Origin: a virus
Reading direction: 5' to 3' (one strand)
DNA length: 64,000 bases
IMG/VR virus record: IMGVR_UViG_3300035670_000150
Location: 8,588 to 72,587 of that record
In this document: one piece after another, positions 29,641-38,692 of the stretch
Layout of the letters: each line of letters opens with the position of its first letter
Numbering within the stretch: position 1 is the first letter of the stretch
Made by a program: the position numbers and the translations under genes
Notes under the pieces: generated by a model
Database searches by the model: none
The model's input: only the letters and a program-made list of their open reading frames with translations
What the model was told of the DNA's origin: nothing

Positions 29641-32123
29641 ACTTCTGAATTCTCTACTAAAAAGGCAGTAATATCTTCTGCTTTGATATTGTTAGGGAGC
29701 TTGATTGGTGTAGCCCAATTGGGGAGGAAAACTTCAAGCTGTGCAGGAATAGGTATATCTCCAACCAGCTCAGGTACATCAGACAAGTCTGTCATACATT
29801 CAATTAGGTTACGGTTAACCCATTCAGTAATAACAGGGTCATCCCTCCACATGACATAGGCAGCATCATGGATTGTAGCCACAGATTTAACATCGTTTTC
29901 CATACCTGCATCATAAACTCGTTTTAGGAATTTATAGCCTGCATCTACGGTAATCTGACCATAAGATTGCCCACCAATAGCATTACCAAGAGTACGAATA
30001 TATTCCTGTACTGCCCTTGGTGTTCTTGGACTATCCAATAGCACTTGAGTAATACCATAACAGTATATCCGTAAACCAAAGGCCAATTCAGCATAGCCTT
30101 TTTCCACTACCTTTTTAATTTCTGCATCAAGCCACTCAGCAGAAACTCGATAGAGAGAGTAGTAGTTAGCCACTAATTTATCTGCCTCCTCTTGAGTGAA
30201 ACCACATTGACGAACTAAACCATAAGCAGTACCCAAGTACTGAAGTAAGAACGTAGGCGGCTTACCTTTGCTTCTTACTTTTTTATAACGAGTCTCAATA
30301 GAGTTAATGATTGCTACTCGTTCTTCCTTGGTTTTGGCTAGCTTAACTTCGTTAACAATTTCCTGAAGTTCTTCAGGGAAATAGTTGAATGCACGGAAAC
30401 TGTGCCCGTCATAGCCATCCAAATACACTGCCCGTTTATTGGGGTCTTTAGTAAGAATGGTGTTTACCCGTTCTTCTAATGACGAATAGTCTGCACCTCC
30501 CCAAAGCCAACCATCAGGAGGGGAGAAAATACCTTTGAACACTTTGCTTAGCTCAGTGCCTGAAGGCATGTTCTGAAGGTTAGGATTACTACTGCTTAAA
30601 CGTCCGCTCACTACTTTGGCTAAGTTATAATTACCAAATAGGTAATGATGCCCATTGATTTCCTGAGAGTTGTTTTTCAACGCTTCAATGAAGGTTCCTT
30701 GCATCTTGCTGGCCTTGGCTATGTCATGCAGACTGTCAAAGATTTCATGAGTACTTTCAGGTGCTCGGGCTTTCAATGCTTTCAGGTCATCCCCTGAAGT
30801 ACTGGGTTTGCCTGTAGCAGTTTTACTCAGTGGGGTGAGCTTAAGCACATCAAACATCAGGATAGCTAATTGGTCATTAGAGTTAGGATTGAATTCCAAT
30901 GGGTATTCCCATTCCTCCTTCTTCGATACCCGCTTAGCATTGATTTTGGCTACCTTGTCAGCCCTGATTAATTGCATTGCCTGTTCTACTTCTGGCCTTG
31001 CCATAAGTATTTGGGTAGCTTCATCAATCATTTTGGTTAGCTTCTGGTCAGCTAGTTGCATAGCCTTATCAGAGAAAGGCATACCTGCTAATTCAGTCTG
31101 AGTTAGATACCATTGCCAATTTTTAAAGCGGGTATAGAGTTCTTCCGAATGAATCCTATGACGGTAAGTCTGATATAGCCAATACGTAGCTCTAGAATCA
31201 TCTAGGTTGTATTCACACACCTTCTGAATAGGTACATTCATCATATCGGTGATTTCAGCATTGGTTAGCTTGTATTCGCCACAGAGGTCTAATGCAAGCG
31301 TACCTAAATCCCTTGGGAACCGTTCAGGTGAATTCGTACAGAGGTAATGTAAAATGAGGGTATCCTCATAAGTGCGGTACAACTCACGGCTATCTGAATT
31401 GAAATACTTGTAAGCAAGCATCTTCAAGTCATAAGAACCCCCATGCCAAGCTATCCTTCCTTGATATTTTTTCAAAAACATAACCATGTAAGGGGTGAAA
31501 TCGAAGTTCTTCACATGAAAGGTGTAACCACATTGCTCATTGATAGCAAAGGAAATGGAAACTAGCTCGGCCTTGTAGAATTTCAGCGAAGTTGCTTCAA
31601 TGTCTGCACCCAATACAGGTTTAGTCAGCAGGTACTTGAAAGCCTTAATCACTTCTTCTTTGGTTGAGGGAGCAATAAGCTTTCTGGGTATCTCTGTACA
31701 CAGAGGTTTACCTTTGCTTAGGTAGTGATGAATGTGGCCTAGGCAAGTTAAGTTAACTTTGAGATTGGCATAGTTATACAGGGCACGGGAACTAAAATCG
31801 AAATACTGTATAAACTTGCCAGTGTTCTCAATAGGCATCAGTTTACCCATGGTTTTGGGGACTGATTTACTGCCACTTAGGAGCTTGTAAGCTTCTTTGC
31901 TATAAGTGGTTATTACTTTTACATTTTTGAGCTTTTGGCATGACTCCACTACTTCAAGTATGTTGCCATTGTCAGGGGCTAATACTAAGGCTTTGTCATG
32001 GTATAGAGGGTCTAGCTGAGATAATAGATTAGCCCTTATATGCTTATCCGAACATTCGTTCGGATGCACAATAAAGACTAACTGGATATTGTTAGGATTA
32101 TTTGAATAATTCAAGTATTTCAT
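29637..32123 (-). CDS. Family A DNA polymerase with 3'-5' exonuclease (N4 gp39-like)
   Basis: Exo motifs DIE, SYDL, YNLDD; SGRLSSSNPNLQN; motif A DYSSLE; motif B RSKGKPPTFLLQYLG; motif C IHDA. Confidence 0.95.
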   Translation of the reverse strand: MKYLNYSNNPNNIQLVFIVHPNECSDKHIRANLLSQLDPLYHDKALVLAPDNGNILEVVESCQKLKNVKVITTYSKEAYKLLSGSKSVPKTMGKLMPIENTGKFIQYFDFSSRALYNYANLKVNLTCLGHIHHYLSKGKPLCTEIPRKLIAPSTKEEVIKAFKYLLTKPVLGADIEATSLKFYKAELVSISFAINEQCGYTFHVKNFDFTPYMVMFLKKYQGRIAWHGGSYDLKMLAYKYFNSDSRELYRTYEDTLILHYLCTNSPERFPRDLGTLALDLCGEYKLTNAEITDMMNVPIQKVCEYNLDDSRATYWLYQTYRHRIHSEELYTRFKNWQWYLTQTELAGMPFSDKAMQLADQKLTKMIDEATQILMARPEVEQAMQLIRADKVAKINAKRVSKKEEWEYPLEFNPNSNDQLAILMFDVLKLTPLSKTATGKPSTSGDDLKALKARAPESTHEIFDSLHDIAKASKMQGTFIEALKNNSQEINGHHYLFGNYNLAKVVSGRLSSSNPNLQNMPSGTELSKVFKGIFSPPDGWLWGGADYSSLEERVNTILTKDPNKRAVYLDGYDGHSFRAFNYFPEELQEIVNEVKLAKTKEERVAIINSIETRYKKVRSKGKPPTFLLQYLGTAYGLVRQCGFTQEEADKLVANYYSLYRVSAEWLDAEIKKVVEKGYAELAFGLRIYCYGITQVLLDSPRTPRAVQEYIRTLGNAIGGQSYGQITVDAGYKFLKRVYDAGMENDVKSVATIHDAAYVMWRDDPVITEWVNRNLIECMTDLSDVPELVGDIPIPAQLEVFLPNWATPIKLPNNIKAEDITAFLVENSEV

Positions 32124-32127
32124 TTAG

Positions 32128-33543
32128 TTACCCTACAAGAAACAGTTTGTCCGAACATCGAGAAATGCTAGTGTATAGTAACCGCCTAACCATGTCCTTA
32201 TCCCCTTTCCAATCGAAGATGCTCTTCATGTCCACCCATACTTCCTTTGCAGTAATGCCTTGGGCAGCATGGATAGTCTTGATGAATGCGGGGCGTATAA
32301 AGATGATGAACACTCCTAATCCGCCTGCCATTGCCCAAAGGGTACGCATTACATCAGAAGGGAGTTTTACTTCTTGGATATTGGAGATGAGTACGTGGAT
32401 TTGGCGTCTATCTCTACTGATATGAAAGATAACCCCAAGAGAATTGAGCTTATCAATAAATTGGGGATTCTTTGTATCAAAGGCTTTTCTGCATTCTGCC
32501 AAAACCAGTGCATTATTTCGTAAATTTATCGTTACACCCTTAGGGATGTAATAAGCTGTTTTGCCGTTACTGTACTCGTAAGGTACATTATGCCCAAAAG
32601 TGTAGGCTACTTCACACTTTTCAAGTGGATGGATGATACTAGGCTCATTATTGGCTCTGGCTCTCAATGTAATGACAGCGTGCATAAAGAAAGCAGCACG
32701 GTTACGAGAAGCACTCAAAATGCACAACTCACTTAAAGGCGGAGGAGTATCTAGTTTTGCATACTCTTCTACTTTTCTGTGCAACGCTTGCACTTTGACT
32801 ACAGAGATACCCTCTACGCTTTCTGTTGGCAGCAAGTCTATAAAAGACTCCTCCTTGTATTGCACTGCTAATCGAAGCAAATTAACCAAGGGCTTTAGAT
32901 GAAGATTTTTAGTGTTCATCGTAAAGCGGGGGGAACTATGCAGAGTAGTGATTACTGCATTGTTTTCTGTGTAGTCTTCGATAGGAGAACGAGATAGCCC
33001 TATAGGGGGTGTTTGATATGGATCACCGATGAATACTTTCAAATCATCGGGGCGTAGATAATTTAATATTTTTACTAACCAGTCATCCATTCTGAATGCT
33101 TCATCTACAATAATGACACGTATTTTTCCATAGGTTTGGGGCAATACGGGGTAAATCATTAAATAGGGGCAATGTTTGAACCCATCAGGGTTTGAGGGTT
33201 TTAAACCATCTTTTGGTATTAAGCCTAAGTACTTATGAATAGTATATAAAGCTGCGACTTTGGTGTTTTCACTATCTTGAGCCATGGCTTCCAATGAATC
33301 ACATGCTTGATTAGTGGTGGTAGTTAACGCATAGGCTATTTGAGGGAATGTTTTAAGGTAGGGGAGCAGCAAATTAGCTGTTACCCAACTCTTACCATTG
33401 CCTGCCCCTGCTTTTAATATAAAAGGCTTGGACGGGTCTAAAGTAAGTAGCTGGTCTTCTATCCATGATTTGAATAAATTCAAAGCTTCTAATTGGTCTT
33501 TAGTTGCCCCTACATGGGAAGCTAAATTTGCTGCTCTATTCAT
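32128..33543 (-). CDS. SF1 (Dda/RecD-like) DNA helicase
   Basis: AGAGNGKS, TTTNQA, IIVDEA, GDPYQTPP, TIHAAQG, LYTSISR. Confidence 0.9.
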   Translation of the reverse strand: MNRAANLASHVGATKDQLEALNLFKSWIEDQLLTLDPSKPFILKAGAGNGKSWVTANLLLPYLKTFPQIAYALTTTTNQACDSLEAMAQDSENTKVAALYTIHKYLGLIPKDGLKPSNPDGFKHCPYLMIYPVLPQTYGKIRVIIVDEAFRMDDWLVKILNYLRPDDLKVFIGDPYQTPPIGLSRSPIEDYTENNAVITTLHSSPRFTMNTKNLHLKPLVNLLRLAVQYKEESFIDLLPTESVEGISVVKVQALHRKVEEYAKLDTPPPLSELCILSASRNRAAFFMHAVITLRARANNEPSIIHPLEKCEVAYTFGHNVPYEYSNGKTAYYIPKGVTINLRNNALVLAECRKAFDTKNPQFIDKLNSLGVIFHISRDRRQIHVLISNIQEVKLPSDVMRTLWAMAGGLGVFIIFIRPAFIKTIHAAQGITAKEVWVDMKSIFDWKGDKDMVRRLLYTSISRCSDKLFLVG

Positions 33544-33544
33544 G

Positions 33545-34855
33545 CTATATCTTCTTAATGATGTCGTTAATGCATATCTGCTTACCTACGAATTCAGGGA
33601 AGTTGGTAGAGCTATTCTGATGAATCAGCCAGACCAATTCCCCTTTGTGTTTCCACTGTTTGACTGGTGCGTCTTCCATATCGGTAAGCACAAATACAAG
33701 TTTGTTTGTGGGAGGTTTCTCGCGGAATGCTTGAGCAATATCAGTGCCACCACCTGTACGAATATTCAGAGATTTCACATCACTGTTAGAATTAATAACA
33801 AATGTCTGCTGTACCCGTGAATTGTAGGTATGGACTGTGATAGGGCTAACCCCATACTGAGAGGCAAGTTCGAGAATAAACTCGAAACTTTTAGTGACAG
33901 CAGAAGCGGGCATTGAGCCTGATACGTCTGCATAAATCACTACGTCATTATGCCATTTGGTTACATGTCCTTCTTTCTCAGAGTCGAGTCTTTGATGCCT
34001 TCCCATTAGGGCTTCATCATTGAACTCTCTTCTAAGTAAGTGACGTTGGTTAAAGGTGCTATCGTCCTTAGCATCCCCTCTGCCATAGGTGTTTTTAAAC
34101 AGCGCCTCAATAGCAGCAAACGAGTTGAGCTTAGGGCGTTTAATACCTAGCAGCTTCAGGGTGCCATCAGAAACCGAACTGGTTCCTTTGGCAGTGCCTT
34201 TGCTTTGCTCGCCTGTAGGGTCATTGAGGGTATTCTTACCCGCCTCCTGCATAGCACTGTCATTGATAGCATCAACCGCTTCTTTGGCCGCTTTTTGTGT
34301 AGCAGCATGGATACGCTGTTTGCCTAAATCGCTCAACTGGGGAAGCACAGAGGTAGGGTTTTGTGGGGGTTTAGCCTGTTGCCCATCCCCTGCATACAAG
34401 GACTTGTAAATAGCTTCAGTACCGTTACCCCAATCTTCCCTAGCTACATGATTTTTTAAGCAATCATGGTGCTTTTTGTCTTCAGGTAGGTAAGGAAAGT
34501 CCTTATCAATAATGTTTTCGATTTCACAATCGGCTGCAATATTGAAGTACTGGTGAGCTTCGTTAGATTCCACTTTGGCGTATTCAGCACGGGCAAAGTG
34601 CTCTAAGGCCACATGCATACCCTCATGTAGCATAGAGCGTAATACGGCTATCTTGTTCCTTTGCACTATGTCTTCATGAGCAGGGTTGTAAAGGAATTCC
34701 CCTTCTCGACTGATAGCAAAGGAGTCAATATTAGCGTAAGGAAGCATCGGTAGATGACTAAGGATGCGTCCATAATACGTTGAATCTAAGTTACCAATTA
34801 AGGAATCAAGGCATGACCGCAAAAAATTATCTGTTTTTTGTTGGTTCATTTGCAC
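33545..34855 (-). CDS. Metallopeptidase-like/vWA domain protein (N4 gp25-like)
   Basis: HEGMH..LEH HExxH motif, NIAADCEI, MIDAS DVSGS, GGGTD, LTD. Confidence 0.85.
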   Translation of the reverse strand: MQMNQQKTDNFLRSCLDSLIGNLDSTYYGRILSHLPMLPYANIDSFAISREGEFLYNPAHEDIVQRNKIAVLRSMLHEGMHVALEHFARAEYAKVESNEAHQYFNIAADCEIENIIDKDFPYLPEDKKHHDCLKNHVAREDWGNGTEAIYKSLYAGDGQQAKPPQNPTSVLPQLSDLGKQRIHAATQKAAKEAVDAINDSAMQEAGKNTLNDPTGEQSKGTAKGTSSVSDGTLKLLGIKRPKLNSFAAIEALFKNTYGRGDAKDDSTFNQRHLLRREFNDEALMGRHQRLDSEKEGHVTKWHNDVVIYADVSGSMPASAVTKSFEFILELASQYGVSPITVHTYNSRVQQTFVINSNSDVKSLNIRTGGGTDIAQAFREKPPTNKLVFVLTDMEDAPVKQWKHKGELVWLIHQNSSTNFPEFVGKQICINDIIKKI

Positions 34856-34866
34856 TATCTCCTAGG

Positions 34867-35952
34867 TTAATTAGAAGGGAAAGTTAGAAGGTCTTCTATC
34901 TTGGTTCCCTTGAATAGGTTAGGTGAAGCCACCACTAGCTTGTTAGCAATAGACATACGCAATGCAGGGTCTAAACGCATTAGATAAATCAAGGTTGCAT
35001 CAATATCCGCAGAGGTTGATACATTGCCTACTAGGAAGCTGACAATACGCAGAGTATCCGCAGTAGTAGTAGCTATCTGGGCACTGGTTGGGGAGCTTAG
35101 GATTTCATCCAAGCCTACTGAAGGCACTAGCACAGAGTTAAAGAAGTCTGCACCTGCATCATAACCAACGATGGATTGCATCACTTGCAGTTTGTTACGC
35201 AGGATAGTGACTAATGGCACATTACGCTTATCCGCTGATTCCTGCATTTTGTGCATGATGTTAGATAAGGCTTCAATACCACGGTTTGTAATGAAGGGTG
35301 ATGCACCATCATTAATCAAGTCAGGGTGTTCTACTATAACCCAATCATAGTTGCCTTCAATCCAACGAATAACTGAAGGATGGAAGTTGTGAGTTTTCAT
35401 GTAATCAACAAATTCCATAGCTGACTCAGTACTTTTAGTATTGAGTTCGGCAATACCGCAACGAGTACGGATAGCGGCTGAAATAGGCAGAGCATTAGCA
35501 CCAGAATCGACTTTGTTACCTAATAGGATAATGCTGGTCTTTTCGTGCAATTTGTGAGAACCCACTGACTTTTCCAGAATTACCCGTTGTGCTGCTACCT
35601 GCATCGACTTTGGACAGTTACCAAATTCTTCAAACAGGATACAGTGACCTTTATAAGGCTTGCTGGTTTTGGGGTTAATAGGCAGTGGTTCACCTTCCAA
35701 TGGGAATAAACCACAAGGCAGGTATTCAAATTTACCTGTTTCTTTGTTGGGCGAAGCATAGCCAATGATGTCCATTTCATACATGGAATCAAGGTAAATG
35801 GTATGCAGAAGTAATTCACGGTCTTCGGCATATTGGTGAGCTAAGTGGCTTTTGCCCTTACCTACACCGCCTAATAACATAGGGCTTAGACCTGAAGATA
35901 AAACTGCTGAGAACCAGCTCGGAACGTCTTTGTGTGAAATTAACGGAATCAT
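34867..35952 (-). CDS. MoxR-like AAA+ ATPase (N4 gp24-like)
   Basis: GGVGKGKS, ILFEEF, LLGN, AIRTR; adjacent to the vWA gene. Confidence 0.85.
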   Translation of the reverse strand: MIPLISHKDVPSWFSAVLSSGLSPMLLGGVGKGKSHLAHQYAEDRELLLHTIYLDSMYEMDIIGYASPNKETGKFEYLPCGLFPLEGEPLPINPKTSKPYKGHCILFEEFGNCPKSMQVAAQRVILEKSVGSHKLHEKTSIILLGNKVDSGANALPISAAIRTRCGIAELNTKSTESAMEFVDYMKTHNFHPSVIRWIEGNYDWVIVEHPDLINDGASPFITNRGIEALSNIMHKMQESADKRNVPLVTILRNKLQVMQSIVGYDAGADFFNSVLVPSVGLDEILSSPTSAQIATTTADTLRIVSFLVGNVSTSADIDATLIYLMRLDPALRMSIANKLVVASPNLFKGTKIEDLLTFPSN

Positions 35953-35992
35953 TATAGCCTCTCTGGGGGGGTAACTAATATGCGATTAGGGG

Positions 35993-36307
35993 TTAGTTGA
36001 AACAGTCATCGTTAGCATCTTGCAATGCTTTACGTGCAGCGGTAATTTGCTGAAGTAATTGAGTATCCAATGCTTCAGCAGCTTGATTTAATTTGGCTAC
36101 TTGGCTATATAAATCACGCTGTTGTTTTTCAACAGTAGATTTAAGATTGCCTATGGCCTCATTAATATCGTCAGTCCAGTAGTAACGGTCTGTTACCCTG
36201 TCTCTGCGTTTCCCTTGAATGAAAACGCTGTGTTTCTGTAATTGAGCAGTGGGGTCATTTGTGTGTTCAATGACTAGCTCTTTATGGTCAATACGGAATA
36301 GCAGCAT
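35993..36307 (-). CDS. Hypothetical protein with C-terminal coiled coil
   Basis: ORF tightly following the ClpX-like gene. Confidence 0.6.
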   Translation of the reverse strand: MLLFRIDHKELVIEHTNDPTAQLQKHSVFIQGKRRDRVTDRYYWTDDINEAIGNLKSTVEKQQRDLYSQVAKLNQAAEALDTQLLQQITAARKALQDANDDCFN

Positions 36308-36310
36308 GGC

Positions 36311-37165
36311 TTATTCTCCAAACTCAATCTTTTTGGTGAACTCTTCAGAGGTAGCCACTAGGTCTTCCTCTTCATAAACTGAATCTTCGTATACTGGGAA
36401 AACCCCATCGTATAAGAAGTATTGGTGGATTAACCGAGTAATCAAACGATACCCAATAACGTTGTTTTTGAACTGTTTTTCCAATTCAATAGCAATGGCA
36501 TCTTGGATTTGGTTTTTCTGCTCGGGTTCAGTGATGTTGTTCACAAAGAAGTATTGAGCCAATAATGGGTCAGCTTTCATTGCTTTAATCAAATCCGCGC
36601 AATCAATATCAGGGATGGGCACATGGATATTCACCCGTCCGAGTAGTTCAGGGAACATCCCCATTTTCAACAGTTTCTCGGGGGATAGCTGTTCCTCGCC
36701 TAGGAAAGCACCCGCAAAAACAAAAAGGATGTTCCGTGTGCTTACTTCCATATAATGGCCGTAATCACCAATTAACTGGGCAATACCTGAAGAGATGATA
36801 TGCAAGATTTCAGATTGAACTCCTGAACGCTCATCCCCTGTACCGCCATTAACCCCGTTGAACAGCTTGTCAAATTCGTCCAGTAGGACAATAGCAGGCT
36901 TATTCTGTAAACGCTTAAGCCCTTCCAGACTCTTAGATAATGAGTTACCTGAGATGCCTTCACGGGTAAGTTGGGCTGCGTTGATGTTCACAAAAGCAAT
37001 GGCATGTTTCTTAGCCAGCTCTTCTAAAATGAATGATTTACCCACGCCACTTTTTCCTGATAATAGAAAGTGTGGGCGGATGTTACCTTGGGATTTTAGG
37101 TAGTTAGAAAGAATGCGGTTAATAACTTGGATAGCACTCTTTTGAGAAGCAATTGAACTAGCCAT
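36311..37165 (-). CDS. ClpX/HslU-like AAA+ ATPase
   Basis: GKSGVGKS, LLDEFDKL, GVQSEIL, TRNILFVFAGAF, GMFPELLGR align by eye with ClpX core motifs. Confidence 0.8.
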   Translation of the reverse strand: MASSIASQKSAIQVINRILSNYLKSQGNIRPHFLLSGKSGVGKSFILEELAKKHAIAFVNINAAQLTREGISGNSLSKSLEGLKRLQNKPAIVLLDEFDKLFNGVNGGTGDERSGVQSEILHIISSGIAQLIGDYGHYMEVSTRNILFVFAGAFLGEEQLSPEKLLKMGMFPELLGRVNIHVPIPDIDCADLIKAMKADPLLAQYFFVNNITEPEQKNQIQDAIAIELEKQFKNNVIGYRLITRLIHQYFLYDGVFPVYEDSVYEEEDLVATSEEFTKKIEFGE

Positions 37166-37194
37166 ACTGGAATTACTCCGATAATTAGAAAATG

Positions 37195-37220
37195 AAAAAC
37201 CCCTAGGTTTCCTAGGGGTT
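37195..37220 (-). terminator. Rho-independent terminator
   Basis: AACCCCTAGG-TTT-CCTAGGGGTT with an A-tract on the left (U-tract on the - strand). Confidence 0.85.
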
Positions 37221-37309
37221 AGTGGGTTTGGTTAATAGGTCAGTGAGTACTGTCTAGCCCCTATGTCACCTTGCTGACTACCCTTGCCAGTCGCATTGCT
37301 AGACAGCAG

Positions 37310-37660
37310 CTAAAACTTGTACACCCCATAGGGTAACATTGTTCTGACCTGATTAGGGTCTTTCCGATGTTTATCCACTATGGTTGGCGTACTAGGGGAA
37401 TCATGATAACCCCCTACAAAAGTACTTTGCAAGAAGGGGTACATGAATATAGGCAATATCCACAGCCCTGATTGAATTTCATCACAGCCAAGAGAAGCTA
37501 ACTCATCTTTACTTAACAAGTTAGGGTCAATGTACTTGAAGTTCTGCTCTTTAATAGCGAACTCCGCCATTTCATCAAAGGCTTCAGGACATTGAGCTAA
37601 CAGGCTATTAGCTATAAAGCTCAGGAAAGAGGTTAACCGTATGAATTCTTCGCTTTCCAT
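37310..37660 (-). CDS. Hypothetical protein
   Basis: ORF co-oriented with neighbours, with RBS. Confidence 0.6.
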   Translation of the reverse strand: MESEEFIRLTSFLSFIANSLLAQCPEAFDEMAEFAIKEQNFKYIDPNLLSKDELASLGCDEIQSGLWILPIFMYPFLQSTFVGGYHDSPSTPTIVDKHRKDPNQVRTMLPYGVYKF

Positions 37661-37680
37661 ACACCTGCCCCTTACAGTTA

Positions 37681-37887
37681 TCAGTCTTGGGATACAGGCT
37701 GATAATCATGGACTAAGGGGGTATCAGGCTCGCCATAGGTGGGGGATAAGCTATGGAGATAAGTACCGTCCCCATTAACACACACCACACGACGACCATT
37801 TTCTAAAGCGTACACTGGTCTGTCAAAATCGTCAGTATACATATACTTAGCTATTTGGCCGTTGTTTAGCTTAAGGTTTCTGGACAT
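37681..37887 (-). CDS. Hypothetical protein
   Basis: AAGGAGG RBS; DDFDRPVY...YGEPDTP. Confidence 0.65.
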   Translation of the reverse strand: MSRNLKLNNGQIAKYMYTDDFDRPVYALENGRRVVCVNGDGTYLHSLSPTYGEPDTPLVHDYQPVSQD

Positions 37888-38426
37888 ACGCCCTCCTTAT
37901 TTACGGGTTCGTTAGAAGCATCTTTCAGTGCTTCTTTGGCCTCATCCAAAGTGACACTGAAAGCATGGTCAGTACAATGTTTGACTACAGCTAGCATAGG
38001 CCAGCGTAGGAAGTCCGCATGAACATCTTCAGGAGTAACCCCTAAAGTTGTTTGTGCAGTTTTACGCAAGGCGACTACGGTAAGTGGATTGGTAATCAAA
38101 GAGTTTTTGCCGCATTCTTCGCAGCTTAGACACATGGTAGTTAGTGTGTCTTCTGCCTGTTCTTGCTCAGTGAGAGACTCAATAGCACAAGTACATTGCT
38201 CACATACGCTGATAGGCAGGTCTTTGGTTATTTCCATGTGAGACATCACTTCACGGCCTACATGGCTCAATTTATGAGTAAGCAACTCTAAATCGGCTTT
38301 AACAATAACATGCACATCCCCAAGGGAGTCTGATACTTGCATAGCACCTTTTGCAGTTACGTTTTCTGGGAGTGACCCAAAGGGTGTACCGCAGACGCTG
38401 CAACGTAGTTTGATTGACTTTTGCAT
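37866..38426 (-). CDS. Cys-rich hypothetical protein (putative Zn-binding)
   Basis: Several CxxC pairs; GAGGAG RBS. Confidence 0.65.
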   Translation of the reverse strand: MQKSIKLRCSVCGTPFGSLPENVTAKGAMQVSDSLGDVHVIVKADLELLTHKLSHVGREVMSHMEITKDLPISVCEQCTCAIESLTEQEQAEDTLTTMCLSCEECGKNSLITNPLTVVALRKTAQTTLGVTPEDVHADFLRWPMLAVVKHCTDHAFSVTLDEAKEALKDASNEPVNKEGVCPETLS

Positions 38427-38428
38427 TC

Positions 38429-38692
38429 TTACTCCTCAGTAAGCAATAGATTGTGGTAAATTTGAGAAGCCAGTACTAGCAAAGTCTCGTTGCTAATTAC
38501 GGCATATCTCATATGGGCTTGCCAGAAAGAGAAGTCTATTCCTGTTTTAAGTCCTATGAAAGTGCCATTCTGTCCCCATGTGAAGTAAGTTTCCCAATCG
38601 ACAGGAACCGAAGAAAAAAGGCTTATCAGTACGGTGTACAAATGATTTTTAGTCATAAAAAGTAAGCCCCCCATTACTGAGGGGCATCCCAT
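38429..38692 (-). CDS. Hypothetical protein
   Basis: Coupled to the rIIB stop; true start may be internal (MTKNH). Confidence 0.5.
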   Translation of the reverse strand: MGCPSVMGGLLFMTKNHLYTVLISLFSSVPVDWETYFTWGQNGTFIGLKTGIDFSFWQAHMRYAVISNETLLVLASQIYHNLLLTEE

